Shown in pieces: positions 30,612 to 40,883 of a stretch of 64,000 nucleotides of DNA. The notes under the pieces are model-generated. The model saw nothing but the letters and a program-made list of their open reading frames with translations, did not search any database and was not told the origin of the DNA. This DNA is from Longimicrobiales bacterium (GTDB lineage: Bacteria > Gemmatimonadota > Gemmatimonadetes > Longimicrobiales > Gaopeijiaceae): positions 1-64,000 of the forward strand of contig CAXXKM010000002.1 in assembly GCA_963664435.2 (NCBI GenBank). Reading direction: 5' to 3'. The stretch's first letter is position 1, and every line of letters starts with the position of its first letter. Both the position numbers and the translations under genes were made by a program.

Positions 30612-32018
30612 TCAGCCGCGCACCCGCGCCGGCAGTTCGTACGGCTGCCACCGTCCGGGGGTCAAGGGCACGTAGATCATCGGAATCGGATCCTCGCCCG
30701 CCGCGGCGGACTCCGCGAAGAGCGGCACGCCCATCCACTCGCCGACCCGGGTGATGGTGGCGCAGTTCGGGTTGATCTGTTCGCCCACCTTCTCGTACGG
30801 GTAGCCCCCGTGCTCGATCTCGCTGTCGTTGTTGAACCACTCGGCGTCCGCCGCGTATACGCCGCCCAGCGCTTCCACGGCAATCACTTCCGCCCCTTCG
30901 GGCGTGGCCATCACCGTGCCGTTCTCACCCGTCGCCAGGCACAGGGTCCGCTCCATGCTGAGCTCGATCGGAACCTCGGTGGTGCGCTCGATGACGACCG
31001 TGTCCGGCGGCGGCGCGGGAAGCTGAATCGGCTCCGGACGCGGCATCAGCTCGGGCCTGCACAGCAGACCGCTGCCGCCGGGACAGAGCGCCAGCGAAGC
31101 CATCACCCCGAAGCGGGCGCTGCGATATATGGTGGAGTTCTCGACGTGCTGAATTCCGAGCACATAGGCGCCGGCCCGAATCCCGCCGACGTCCAGCTGC
31201 AGCCCGGTGTTGAAGTCCCATCCGTCGTATTCGCCCATGAGGTTCAGGAGCACCCCCCGGGACAGCTGGATGTGCAGTGCGGTGGCCGCGAGCCAGCCAC
31301 GCGAGTAACGCCTGCCGTACCAGCCGAGATCGCTTCCGCTCCCGCCGAACATCCCCATGCCGTATCCCAGCCCGAAGGTCAGGTCGTGCTCCGGAAGGGC
31401 GTCGCTGTCCACGCCGGCGAGCTGGAAGGTCGCCATCGCGTACGGAGAGAACGAGGTCGCCATGTCGTCGACCAGGCCTCCCTCGTATTCGCCGTAGAAT
31501 CGGATGTCGGGGAATCCGAGGCGGGGAGGAATGTGGTCTTGCCCCTCCCCGGAGAAGGAAGGTCCGCTCACGAAGCGCGCCCCCACCGCCAACCCGAATC
31601 CCGACGACTCGGGACTCACCAGCGCGACGCGGCCGAATGCCCCGACCATGTTCCCGCCGTCTTCGGCATCGGCGAAATTCTGGAAGGAGGCGCCGAGTTC
31701 GACGCGGTCGAAGAGGCCGATCGCAACCGACGCGTCCTGCAGCCACTCGCTCCACTCGCCCGAGAGACGACCCTTTTCGATCCCTCTCTGGGAGATGAAT
31801 ACGCGCTCGTCCACGCTGATCCCGAACCCCGAATAGGTGCCCGTGATCGCGAGATGCGGGAGCGTGGAAGCGGCGGGGACGTTGAAGAATCCGGAACCGT
31901 ACCGCAGTGTGCTGCCGATCTTGGTGCCCTGAGCGTCGAGCGGTTGAACCTGAGCGACACAGACCAGCGCCACGATGAGTGCGGGGATCCAACGGGCTGG
32001 ATTGGCGCGTCCTTTCAT
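30612..32018 (-). CDS. Secreted outer-membrane beta-barrel protein (YjbH-like) with Pro linker and small Cys-containing C-terminal domain
   Basis: AGGAG SD, signal peptide, G...VP.A..L, amphipathic strands. The upstream ORF extension is transposase relic. Confidence 0.65.
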   Translation of the reverse strand: MKGRANPARWIPALIVALVCVAQVQPLDAQGTKIGSTLRYGSGFFNVPAASTLPHLAITGTYSGFGISVDERVFISQRGIEKGRLSGEWSEWLQDASVAIGLFDRVELGASFQNFADAEDGGNMVGAFGRVALVSPESSGFGLAVGARFVSGPSFSGEGQDHIPPRLGFPDIRFYGEYEGGLVDDMATSFSPYAMATFQLAGVDSDALPEHDLTFGLGYGMGMFGGSGSDLGWYGRRYSRGWLAATALHIQLSRGVLLNLMGEYDGWDFNTGLQLDVGGIRAGAYVLGIQHVENSTIYRSARFGVMASLALCPGGSGLLCRPELMPRPEPIQLPAPPPDTVVIERTTEVPIELSMERTLCLATGENGTVMATPEGAEVIAVEALGGVYAADAEWFNNDSEIEHGGYPYEKVGEQINPNCATITRVGEWMGVPLFAESAAAGEDPIPMIYVPLTPGRWQPYELPARVRG

Positions 32019-32149
32019 CCTGTAACTCCTTAGGTTTGTCCAGGCGCCCGGAGGTGTGACAGACCTCCTTCCGATCACGCATTGGGCACCAACGTCAAAG
32101 CCATAAATAATAGCCCCCGTCAGGGCCGAGAGCCAGTGAACCTGAGGTG

Positions 32150-33010
32150 GCTGTCGGAAGCAAATGAACATGTCCGGTTTTGGCAGCACGTAATGTGTCC
32201 GCTTTTCTCGTCCCGCCCGGAGCGAGGGGAGCGAGGGGCGGGAGCACCGGCTACGCGGCTTCCCGCGCCGGGCACAGGGCCTCCTCGAGCCGCCCATTCG
32301 GCGCGTAGCGCCCCAACTGGAGCTGGTCGTGGAAGACCGCCAGGCGCCCGTCCTCGTATTCGCGCACCTCGACGTCTGTTGTGGCGCGGCCAGTACTCCC
32401 GCAGATACGCGTTCGCCCCAACGATCCCCCGGATCCCCTCCCGCGCCAGCTCCTGTGGCAACCGCCCCTGAAGCGTCCCGAAGCACCGCTCGCACCGGCC
32501 CCGCGCCTGTGGCGAATACGACGGGATCATCTCGATCCCCAACTCTCCCATCGCCCGCCCGAACTCCCCGCCTCACAAGCCCCGCCGCCTGGAGCCGGTT
32601 CTTCACCCAGGTGTAAGACCGCGTCCCGCCGTGCACCTCTCGGGACCGCTCCCAGAAGTGCCGCACGTTCCAGCCCGCGTACTCCCCAGCGTAACAGCGC
32701 CTCCAGCGCCGCGACCTCCGCGTCCGGAGCCCTGGCGTGCGAGCCTCCCGACGAGCACCCGTCCCGAAGACCTTCCCGTCCTCCCGCTTCGTAGCGCAAT
32801 GGCCAGCGCGGGAACGTCCGCTCGCTCATCCCCAGCACCCCGGCCGCCTCCGGCTGCGTTACCCGCCTCGACCGCCATGCCCCATACAGCTCCACGAATC
32901 TCAAAATCCGCACTTCGCCAGAACGCCCCCTCGCGCTCCCTGGAGGCCCGTGGAACGGTCGGGCGTCCTTGCCGGTGGTTCTCTGGACACGGTAATCTCA
33001 TGCTGCATCA
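32150..33010 (-). mobile_element. Degraded ISNCY/IS481-like element
   Basis: LRFVELYGAWRSRRVTQPEAAGVLGMSERTF, SYTWVKNRLQAAGLV, ELGIEMIPSYSPQARGR.ER.FGTLQGRLPQEL and SGHITC.QNRT occur in different frames. Confidence 0.8.
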
Positions 33011-33125
33011 GCCGATGACTCGCGTAGTAGTCGCGATAATCAAGTATCGTATGACATGGCCGGCGCGCAGCCGATGCGAAAGGCCCCCCCCAACACCGAA
33101 ACGGGCAGGGCGAGGAGAGATGGAC

Positions 33126-35831
33126 ATGCAATCGAGAGAGCTTCCGGGAGAGGGTCGGGAAAGAGCGAACCGTTGGCACGTTCGTCGGAGACGCGGCGGT
33201 GGACCGGGGCGGTCGAACGCGGGCTTCGCGATCTTGGCCATCGCCGCGATCGCGGCGATGGTCCTGTCCTGCGGTGATGGCGCAGTCGAGCCCGCTCCTC
33301 CGCCGACTCCCGTGGCCACCACGGTGACGGTCAGCCCGGCTTCCGCCACACTGACCGCGCTCGAAGAAACGGCCCGGTTCACCGCCGAGGTACGCGACCA
33401 GAACGGGCAAGTGATGGCGGGGGCAGCCATCGCCTGGGCGACCAGCGACGCCTCGGTCGCGTCGGTGGACGCCTCTGGGCTGGCCACGTCAGCCGGGAAC
33501 GGGACCGCAACGATCACGGCGACGGCGGGATCGGTCTCCGGGACTGCGGCGGTTACCGTGGCCCAGGCGGTAAGCGCAGTTGCCGTGTCGCTGGCCGCAG
33601 ACACCTTGGTGGCGCTCGGGGACACGGTGCGCCTCATCGCCGAGGCGACAGACGCCAACGGTCACGCCGTGCCGGGCTCGGAGTTCTCCTGGTCGTCCAG
33701 CGACACGCTCGTCGCGCGGGTGGACGCTTCCGGCCTGGTAGTGGCGGTGGGCAATGGCGCGGCCACGATCACGGCGATGGCGGGCTCGGTCTCCGGCACG
33801 GCGGAGGTGACCGTGGCCCAAGTGGTGAGTGCGGTCGCCGTGTCCCCCGCGGCGGACACGCTGGTGGCCTTTGGCCACACGGTGCGTCTATTGGCGGAAG
33901 CCACCGATGTCAACGGTCACGGCGTAGCGGGCCCGGAGTTCTCCTGGTCGTCCAGCGACACGCTGGTGGCGCGGGTGGACGCTTCCGGCCTGGTGACGGC
34001 GGTGGGCAACGGCGCGGCCACGATCACGGCGACGGCGGGCTCGGTCTCCGGCACGGCGGAGGTGACCGTGGCCCAAGTGGTGAGTGCGGTCGCCGTGTCC
34101 CCCGCGGCGGACACGCTGGTGGCCTTTGGCCACACGGTGCGTCTATTGGCGGAAGCCACCGATGTCAACGGTCACGGCGTAGCGGGCCCGGAGTTCTCCT
34201 GGTCGTCCAGCGACACGCTGGTGGCGCGGGTGGACGCTTCCGGCCTGGTGACGGCGGTGGGCAACGGTGCGGCCACGATCACGGCGACGGCGGGCTCGGT
34301 CTTGGGCACGGCGGAGGTGACCGTGGCCCAAGTGGTGAGTGCGGTCGCCGTGTCCCCCGCGGCGGACACGCTGGTGGCCTTCGGCGACACGGTGCGTCTA
34401 TTGGCGGAAGCCACCGATGCTAACGATCACGGCGTAGCGGGCCCGGAGTTCTCCTGGTCGTCCAACGACACGCTGGTGGCGCGGGTGGACGCTTCCGGCC
34501 TGGTGACGGCGGTGGGCAACGGTGCGGCCATGATCACGGCGACGGCGGGATCGGTCTCCGGCACGGCGGAGGTGACCGTAATGGCTTCGCTCCGTTCGGC
34601 ACCCCCCACCTATGTGTTCGCCGGAGATATACCGGAGTCCACGCGGACGCTCATTCGCAACGAGATGGAGCACAGCCGGGCGTACTTCGCGAGCGAACAC
34701 GGTGTCGAGGCGACGGGATTCACCGTTATCGTCGGTGATGCCGCGGATGCACTCGCTCTCGCCTCCGTCTACAAGCAGGTGACGGGGAACGACCTAAGTG
34801 ATGTATATCTCCCGTTCTATACGCACAGTCTCGCTTGGGTCGAGTCTTCACTACAAGGCGGCGCCGTCGTAACGATCATGATCGGTCTCGGCGAATGGGC
34901 GGTTTCCGAGGTCGAGCACTTTATCGTTCACGAGTATTTCCATGTCCTGCAGGGACAACTCGCACGGGAATTCGAGCCGGTGGGGAATGGCGAAATCTGG
35001 TGGGACATGGACGCACCCGGGTGGACCGTGGAGGGATTCGCCACCTTTGCCGATTACAAGTACTCGCCCACTCGCCCAGGTCGGCGTGCGTTCCTGAACG
35101 ACAGGTACTATCCCTTGAGCGACGTGGCGGAGGCCACACTTATCGGCGAGCTCGATCCGAATGACCTGACCTGGCCCCTCAACCCTGACCGATACACCGG
35201 TTGCTCCTGGAATGTGTGGAGTATCTACTCCTTGGGTTTCCTGGCGACGCTTTTCCTGTCGAGCCAGGCATCGGACGACGCTTACGTCGAGTTCTGGAAG
35301 CTGCTTCCGCGGCACGCGACCTGGGAGGATGCGTTCAGCGAAGCGTTCGGCCTTGACGTTGGCGACTTCTTTCGGGCGTTCCAAACATGGCTTTTGCCCC
35401 AGCTGCCCACCTATGACCTGGTTCGCATGCGAGTCCTCTGGCCTGAGCGGAGCACGGATCCCGAGAATCCTGAAGACAGAATCGCCATCAGCGCTGACGA
35501 AGTAACATGGGAAAGTGACGACCACGGCTTGACCTCGCGGATCGGCCTTGCGTTTGACCCGCCCATCCGCCCGCCTCTCGACTTCGAGATTATCGTTCCC
35601 GGCGGGACCGTCGGTACGGCTGTCCTGTCCCTCTGGTGGTGGAATGAACCGACGAAGAGGTACCTGCTTGGCTGGTACAAGGATGGGGCGTTGACGGCCA
35701 AGCGCGAGGAAGCCACGCTGTTCCAGTTTACGGCCGTCTCCCAGAACGCCGAATGGATGCTCCCCGCCCACCCAACCACGCTGCCAAGATTGGCCTGCGT
35801 GCAGGACTCCGACGGCAAACCGTGCTCCTGA
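33126..35831 (+). CDS. Lipoprotein with ~5 BIG2 Ig-like repeats and a HEXXH (gluzincin-like) C-terminal domain
   Basis: AGGAG SD, VLSC-GDGAVEP lipobox, IVHEYFHVLQ...W.VEGFA. Confidence 0.8.
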   Translation: MQSRELPGEGRERANRWHVRRRRGGGPGRSNAGFAILAIAAIAAMVLSCGDGAVEPAPPPTPVATTVTVSPASATLTALEETARFTAEVRDQNGQVMAGAAIAWATSDASVASVDASGLATSAGNGTATITATAGSVSGTAAVTVAQAVSAVAVSLAADTLVALGDTVRLIAEATDANGHAVPGSEFSWSSSDTLVARVDASGLVVAVGNGAATITAMAGSVSGTAEVTVAQVVSAVAVSPAADTLVAFGHTVRLLAEATDVNGHGVAGPEFSWSSSDTLVARVDASGLVTAVGNGAATITATAGSVSGTAEVTVAQVVSAVAVSPAADTLVAFGHTVRLLAEATDVNGHGVAGPEFSWSSSDTLVARVDASGLVTAVGNGAATITATAGSVLGTAEVTVAQVVSAVAVSPAADTLVAFGDTVRLLAEATDANDHGVAGPEFSWSSNDTLVARVDASGLVTAVGNGAAMITATAGSVSGTAEVTVMASLRSAPPTYVFAGDIPESTRTLIRNEMEHSRAYFASEHGVEATGFTVIVGDAADALALASVYKQVTGNDLSDVYLPFYTHSLAWVESSLQGGAVVTIMIGLGEWAVSEVEHFIVHEYFHVLQGQLAREFEPVGNGEIWWDMDAPGWTVEGFATFADYKYSPTRPGRRAFLNDRYYPLSDVAEATLIGELDPNDLTWPLNPDRYTGCSWNVWSIYSLGFLATLFLSSQASDDAYVEFWKLLPRHATWEDAFSEAFGLDVGDFFRAFQTWLLPQLPTYDLVRMRVLWPERSTDPENPEDRIAISADEVTWESDDHGLTSRIGLAFDPPIRPPLDFEIIVPGGTVGTAVLSLWWWNEPTKRYLLGWYKDGALTAKREEATLFQFTAVSQNAEWMLPAHPTTLPRLACVQDSDGKPCS
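33550..34580 (+). repeat. 255-bp tandem repeats encoding BIG2 domains
   Basis: GAGTTCTCCTGGTCGTCC at 33681, 33936, 34191 and 34446. Confidence 0.92.
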
Positions 35832-36010
35832 CGGTCGTGCCCCGGCGGATCGGCCACGCTGCATGAGACCACGGATCGTTCTATGGCGATCCTGCGCGAC
35901 CCCCAAGCCGGGCGGGTGCGCGCGTTCCTGCGGAATCCGGCTCCTGAGACCCGGGCGGCGCCGGACGCGGTGGGATCGGCACCGGGCAGCGGCGAACGGG
36001 AACTCCGCGG
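35832..36010 (+). pseudogene. Second relic of the M66-lipoprotein C-terminal tail
   Basis: PGGSATLHETTDRSMAILRDPQAGRVRAFLRNP aligns with ESDRETPLAVLRDAATGRIRGFLRDP of 36101-40870. Confidence 0.65.
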
Positions 36011-36100
36011 CATGCCTCCTCCACGAAGTCGTCGAAACCGGCCACGGCCTGCTCTAGCCCTCATCACGGCTGTGGAAACCGGGGCCCAGCAAGATGATCG

Positions 36101-39100
36101 CTACCTCCGCCAGTCGGACGCGCGCGGCACGCCCCGGCTCACGGTCACCTCGATCCGTTCTGGATCTACGCCGAGCGACGCCAGAGCGGGCGGTTCACCG
36201 CGAGTCAGCGCCTGGGCGTCGCCCGGGTCGCGCAGGAACCCTCGTATCCGACCTGTAGCCGCGTCGCGCAGGACGGCCAAGGGCGTTTCCCTGTCACTTT
36301 CAATGCTGGTTTCCCGTTCCGGCGAGGCGAGGACGATGCGGGCCAAACGGCCCGCCCAGGAGATATTGCCCGGGATGGCGAAGACGAATGAACGGCGCCC
36401 ATCGCCATCGGCCACTTCGGCCATGTGGAAGTCCAGCGCGAAGAGTTCGGAGCCGTCTGAGGCCTCCCCGCTCACGCGCCAGTCTCCACCGCTGTCCGGA
36501 AGCGATGGCTGCCCGTCGAAGAGGAATGCGGGCTCGAGCGCGAGGGCTCCGTCGCCAGCCGCACCGCCCCAGAGCAGCAGCATCCGCTCGGCCACGACGC
36601 TCGCCGCCGCTTGCGTGCTGGCTTCGCTCTTTCGCCGCCATCGCAGAGCGTTGGAGAAGTGGTAGGGGCTCACCCACGCCGGATCGCAGTATGTCATGAG
36701 GTCCGCTTGCCTTGGGTTCACGAGCGAGCCCGTGGCGAAGTCGTAGCCCCAGGCCCCGATTGTTCCCTGCTCGTGCGGGTAGCCGGTATCGGTATTCCAC
36801 GGGTTACCACAGGGCGCATGATAGAGGTGGAGATTGTGGCCGAACTCGTGCGCAATCTTGGATCCGTCGAGGCGCGACATCTGCGAGCGGCTCGGGACGG
36901 CGAGCGCCACGCCGCCCGGAGAGTTCGGACTCCACTCGCCCGCCAACGTTCCCATGTAGTAGCCCGGCGCGCCGTCCGTGACCCGTAGCGCGTCAAGCTC
37001 CCGCAGCAGCACGAACATGTCGTTGGTCGAGGTGAGCACCGGATCGCGCACGGCGACCGTCATGTCGTTGACCGGAAGCAGCGCCTGGGTATCGTGGAAA
37101 AGGGGATCGTCCGCCGTGAGTCCCTGGATGCGCTCCAAGGCGGCGCGGTCCTCCCGACCGTTCCGCACGAACGGAACCACCGTCACCTCGAACGGCGGCA
37201 CCTCGCGGATGTCCAGCGCAAGGCGGCCGGCCTCGGGGATTCGCTTTGCGATGCCGAGTGCGGGATCGAGCGTGCCACCGGGATCGATCTCGACGACCAT
37301 CTCCAGACCCGGGAGGATCGCCGCCCCGGGGATCTCCGCGTTCGACGATGCGGTCAGGGACCGCTCGGCGGGCTCGGAGGCGATGGGTGCGTCGAGGGCC
37401 GCGATGTCGACGGTGTGAACCAGCGCGCCGTCATTGTAGAAGCTCGCGCGCACAGGGGGAACGATCACGTCAACGGCGGAGCCTGCCGTGACGAAGACAC
37501 GCAGCAGCGCATCGCGGCCCTCGACCAGCGGAACCGGATCCCGGGCCGACTGGACGGCCTGCACGAGGTAGGCGCGCGCCACAATGCCGTGGCCGCACTC
37601 GGAGACCCCATGCTGCATCGTCACGCCTTCCAGCCAGGCGCGGAACGCGGGGTCTCCCGGAGCACAGAGACCGGTACCGCCGACGAGAAAGCGATCCAGT
37701 TTGTCGATCGCCGTCAGGGTGGAAGGGAGTTCGCCGGCCATCTCGCGGTTCTTCGCGAGATACAGCCACTCCAATGCCGAAAGCTGGCCGAACGACGGCG
37801 GTACCGGACCGGAGAAGCCCGCGTCCGGGGCGTAGAGCACCTTCAGGTGTGGGAGGTTGCCGAACGACGAACCAAAGCCGCCTTCGAAGCTGTTGCCCCA
37901 CAGATAGATTTCCTCGAGGCTTGAAGAACGGCTTCCGAGTTCGGATGGAATGGATCCCGACAAGTCGTTGCCGCCGAGCGCCAGGATCTTGAGGTTCGTC
38001 AACCGGCCAAACTCCGGCGGGATCGGTCCGGACAGTTGATTGCCGGTGACGCCGAAAGACTCCAGATTCGAGAGATTCCCGAGTTCGGGTGGAATGATCC
38101 CGGTCAACTCGTTGCGGCCCAACTCGAGGCGCTCCAGGCGCGAGAGCCGTCCGAGCTCGGGAGGAATTGGGCCCGTGAGTCCGTTCAACCAAAGACGCAG
38201 GGTACGAAGGTTGGCCAGCTGTGCCAACTCGGACGGAATCGGGCCCGAGAGGTTGTTCCCAACCAAGCTCAGATAGCTGAGGTTGGCGAGGTTGCCGAGT
38301 CCGGCCGGTATGGTTTCCGCTCCACCGCCTCGCAAGGCATGGTCGAGATTAAGGCGGTCCATGTTGAGGAGGTTGCCCAGTTCCGGCGGGAACGGACCGC
38401 GAAGTTGGTTGAACGAGAGATTAAGGTCTTCGAGGTTGTTCAGGTTCCCCAACTCCGGTGGAATCCGGCCTTCAAGACGGTTGGCTTGGAAGCTGGCGTA
38501 TGTGAGACGGGACAGGTTGCCCAGTTCGGGCGGTATGGGGCCTGAGAGATCGTTTGCCTGAAGACTCAGAAAGCTGAGAGCGCCGAGACTTCCCAGCGTG
38601 GACGGAACGGGGCCACTGAGGTCGTTGTAGAACAGATCCAACCGCTCGAGGTTCGACAGGTATCCGATCTCCGCCGGAATCCTGCCCGCCAATCCGTTGT
38701 CAGCCAGATCCAAGGCCACGACTGATCCGTCCGTCGCCGCTTGCACAGGGGCCCAAGCCGACGTGGGCGCGCCATCGGTTTCATCCCGGGATGCGACGCC
38801 CTCCCAGCGCGAACGAAGGTCCGCCAGTTCCTCTTCCAGTGACGCGCTGTCAAGCAGCATATCCGTGGCGGACTCCACCATGATCGCGTCCGGTCTTCGT
38901 TCGGTTCTCCGCCGACGTGAGGCGGCGCCCCGACCCCCGGTTCCGCTTGTCGTCTCGACACCATACCAGGTGGACAGCGGTTCGTCCGACAGCCAGTTGT
39001 CGTTGCGGTGCCAGCCGTCTCCGCCCAAGGCGTGATAGACGGCGACCAGCAGATCCCGCTCGGACAGCGGGGCGCAAGCTGGAAGGCGGATCTTGGTCGG

Positions 39101-40870
39101 AACTGTTGCCCACCAGCTCTGGAACGCCGCCTCGGACGGGGCACACACCGTGGGTTCCACCAACACCGTGTAGAGCGGAAGGGAGGCGAATCCGAGCGGC
39201 AACCGGCCTGTAACTCTGTTCCCCGTCAGGCGCAGTTCCCTGAGCGCCACGAGGTTGGCCAAGCTTGACGGCAAGTCGCCCACGACATTGTTGTCGGTGA
39301 GATCGAGACCCACGACCATGCCCAACGAGTCCGCCTCGACGCCGTACCATTCCTCCACCGGCCGCTCGCTCGCCCAGCCGTCGGAGCGGGTCCAGCCGGA
39401 ACCGCCCGTGGCCGCGTGGAGGGTGTTAAGCGCCAACATGTCGACGGCGTTGCAGGGATCCACCTCATCGGCGTCATGGCCACTTAGGTCCCCTAGCCAG
39501 GCGCCAAACGCCGCGGTCCCGGAGACGCATAGCCCAGGGTTGCCTCTGATACGCAGGTACTCGAGGTGCAATCCCAGAAAACTCTGAGGGAGTGGACCGG
39601 CAAGCTGATTTTGTGACAAATAGAGGCGCCGAAGGCTCGCGATGCGTCCGATCCCGGCCGGGATCGATCCGTTCAGCCGATTGTACGACAACTCGAATCG
39701 CCTAATGTTCGCGAGGTTGCCGAATTCCTCCGGGATGCGACCGGACAGCTGATTGTCACCGAGGTTGAGATCCTGAAGGTTGACAAGGTTGCCGAGCTCA
39801 GGCGGGATCGGACCGGTCAGGCGGTTTCCTCGCAAGGTCAAGTAACCAAGGTTGACAAGGTTGCCGAGTTCGGCCGGTATCGCGCCGGTCAACTGATTGG
39901 AACCGAGGGACAGATACCAGAGGTTTGCGAGGTTGCCGAGCTCCGGCGGGATCGGGCCGGTCAGGCGGTTTACACTCAACGAGCCGTCGTAGATGTTGAA
40001 GTCGCCGACGCCGGAAGAATTGCCCAAGTCTAGACGTTCCAGGCTCGTCAGACTTGCAAGCTCAGGCGGAATTGGACCGGACAACAGATTGTTGCCAATG
40101 TTGAGTTCTCGCAGCCCGTTGAGTTTTCCGATTTCCGGCGGAATCGGTCCGTCCAGCGCGTTGACCCACAACCCGAGCACCGCAAGCCGAGACAGATTAC
40201 CGAGCTCGGGTGGTATCGGGCCGGTCAAAGCGTTGAAGTCCAGCCTGAGGATGCGCAGTTCCGTGAGGTTCGCAAGTTCCCGCGGGATCGGGCCGACTAA
40301 TCCTTGCCGCACATAGCGTCCTTCGCCTTCATCGTAACCACCAGACAGATTGACGGTCACGACGCGGCCCGAATCATCGGTATCCACACCGTACCACTCG
40401 TCCAGCGGCGCGTCGGTCAACCAGTTGCTGTTGCTTCTCCAGTTCGGCCCGTCGGTCGCTTCGTAAAGCGCCACCAGCGCCTCGCGGTCGGTCGCTCCCG
40501 GGACCTGGGCCACTGTCACAGTCGCGGCTCCCGCTCCGGAGCCCGCCGTCGCTGTGATCGTCGCGGTGCCTTGACCTGCGACCGTCACCAACCCCGATGC
40601 ATCCACGGACGCCACTGTGGCGTCGCTGCTTGTCCACGTAACGCCGGCCCCCGCAATCACCCGCATGTTCTGGTCGTGCACCTTGGCGGTTACCTGCACG
40701 GTAGACCCAATCTCGGTGAGCGCGGCACTCGCCGGTGTCACCGTCACGGTTGCGGGGCGCAGCAGATCCGGCCGCGGTGGCTCAACCGCGCCGTCCCCGC
40801 ACGCCGCTACCCATGTGACGAAAGCCACAACACCAACGGCGAGCACGAGGTCGACAATTCGGTCACTCAT
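36101..40870 (-). CDS. Lipoprotein: BIG2, capped LRR blocks, M66-like Zn metallopeptidase
   Basis: VAAC-GDGAVEP lipobox, LRRs, AHEFGHNLHLYHAPC...DLMTYC. GAGGTGAGG SD before ATG 40870. Confidence 0.85.
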   Translation of the reverse strand: MSDRIVDLVLAVGVVAFVTWVAACGDGAVEPPRPDLLRPATVTVTPASAALTEIGSTVQVTAKVHDQNMRVIAGAGVTWTSSDATVASVDASGLVTVAGQGTATITATAGSGAGAATVTVAQVPGATDREALVALYEATDGPNWRSNSNWLTDAPLDEWYGVDTDDSGRVVTVNLSGGYDEGEGRYVRQGLVGPIPRELANLTELRILRLDFNALTGPIPPELGNLSRLAVLGLWVNALDGPIPPEIGKLNGLRELNIGNNLLSGPIPPELASLTSLERLDLGNSSGVGDFNIYDGSLSVNRLTGPIPPELGNLANLWYLSLGSNQLTGAIPAELGNLVNLGYLTLRGNRLTGPIPPELGNLVNLQDLNLGDNQLSGRIPEEFGNLANIRRFELSYNRLNGSIPAGIGRIASLRRLYLSQNQLAGPLPQSFLGLHLEYLRIRGNPGLCVSGTAAFGAWLGDLSGHDADEVDPCNAVDMLALNTLHAATGGSGWTRSDGWASERPVEEWYGVEADSLGMVVGLDLTDNNVVGDLPSSLANLVALRELRLTGNRVTGRLPLGFASLPLYTVLVEPTVCAPSEAAFQSWWATVPTKIRLPACAPLSERDLLVAVYHALGGDGWHRNDNWLSDEPLSTWYGVETTSGTGGRGAASRRRRTERRPDAIMVESATDMLLDSASLEEELADLRSRWEGVASRDETDGAPTSAWAPVQAATDGSVVALDLADNGLAGRIPAEIGYLSNLERLDLFYNDLSGPVPSTLGSLGALSFLSLQANDLSGPIPPELGNLSRLTYASFQANRLEGRIPPELGNLNNLEDLNLSFNQLRGPFPPELGNLLNMDRLNLDHALRGGGAETIPAGLGNLANLSYLSLVGNNLSGPIPSELAQLANLRTLRLWLNGLTGPIPPELGRLSRLERLELGRNELTGIIPPELGNLSNLESFGVTGNQLSGPIPPEFGRLTNLKILALGGNDLSGSIPSELGSRSSSLEEIYLWGNSFEGGFGSSFGNLPHLKVLYAPDAGFSGPVPPSFGQLSALEWLYLAKNREMAGELPSTLTAIDKLDRFLVGGTGLCAPGDPAFRAWLEGVTMQHGVSECGHGIVARAYLVQAVQSARDPVPLVEGRDALLRVFVTAGSAVDVIVPPVRASFYNDGALVHTVDIAALDAPIASEPAERSLTASSNAEIPGAAILPGLEMVVEIDPGGTLDPALGIAKRIPEAGRLALDIREVPPFEVTVVPFVRNGREDRAALERIQGLTADDPLFHDTQALLPVNDMTVAVRDPVLTSTNDMFVLLRELDALRVTDGAPGYYMGTLAGEWSPNSPGGVALAVPSRSQMSRLDGSKIAHEFGHNLHLYHAPCGNPWNTDTGYPHEQGTIGAWGYDFATGSLVNPRQADLMTYCDPAWVSPYHFSNALRWRRKSEASTQAAASVVAERMLLLWGGAAGDGALALEPAFLFDGQPSLPDSGGDWRVSGEASDGSELFALDFHMAEVADGDGRRSFVFAIPGNISWAGRLARIVLASPERETSIESDRETPLAVLRDAATGRIRGFLRDPGDAQALTRGEPPALASLGVDPERIEVTVSRGVPRASDWRR

Positions 40871-40883
40871 TTTTGACCTCACC

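Noticed and set aside
33900..34070. Mirror axis (33986) as a hairpin or fold-back point
   Set aside because: Sequence there is a direct tandem repeat inside an intact CDS with no local palindrome. The core is unique, so this is not a simple fold-back chimera.
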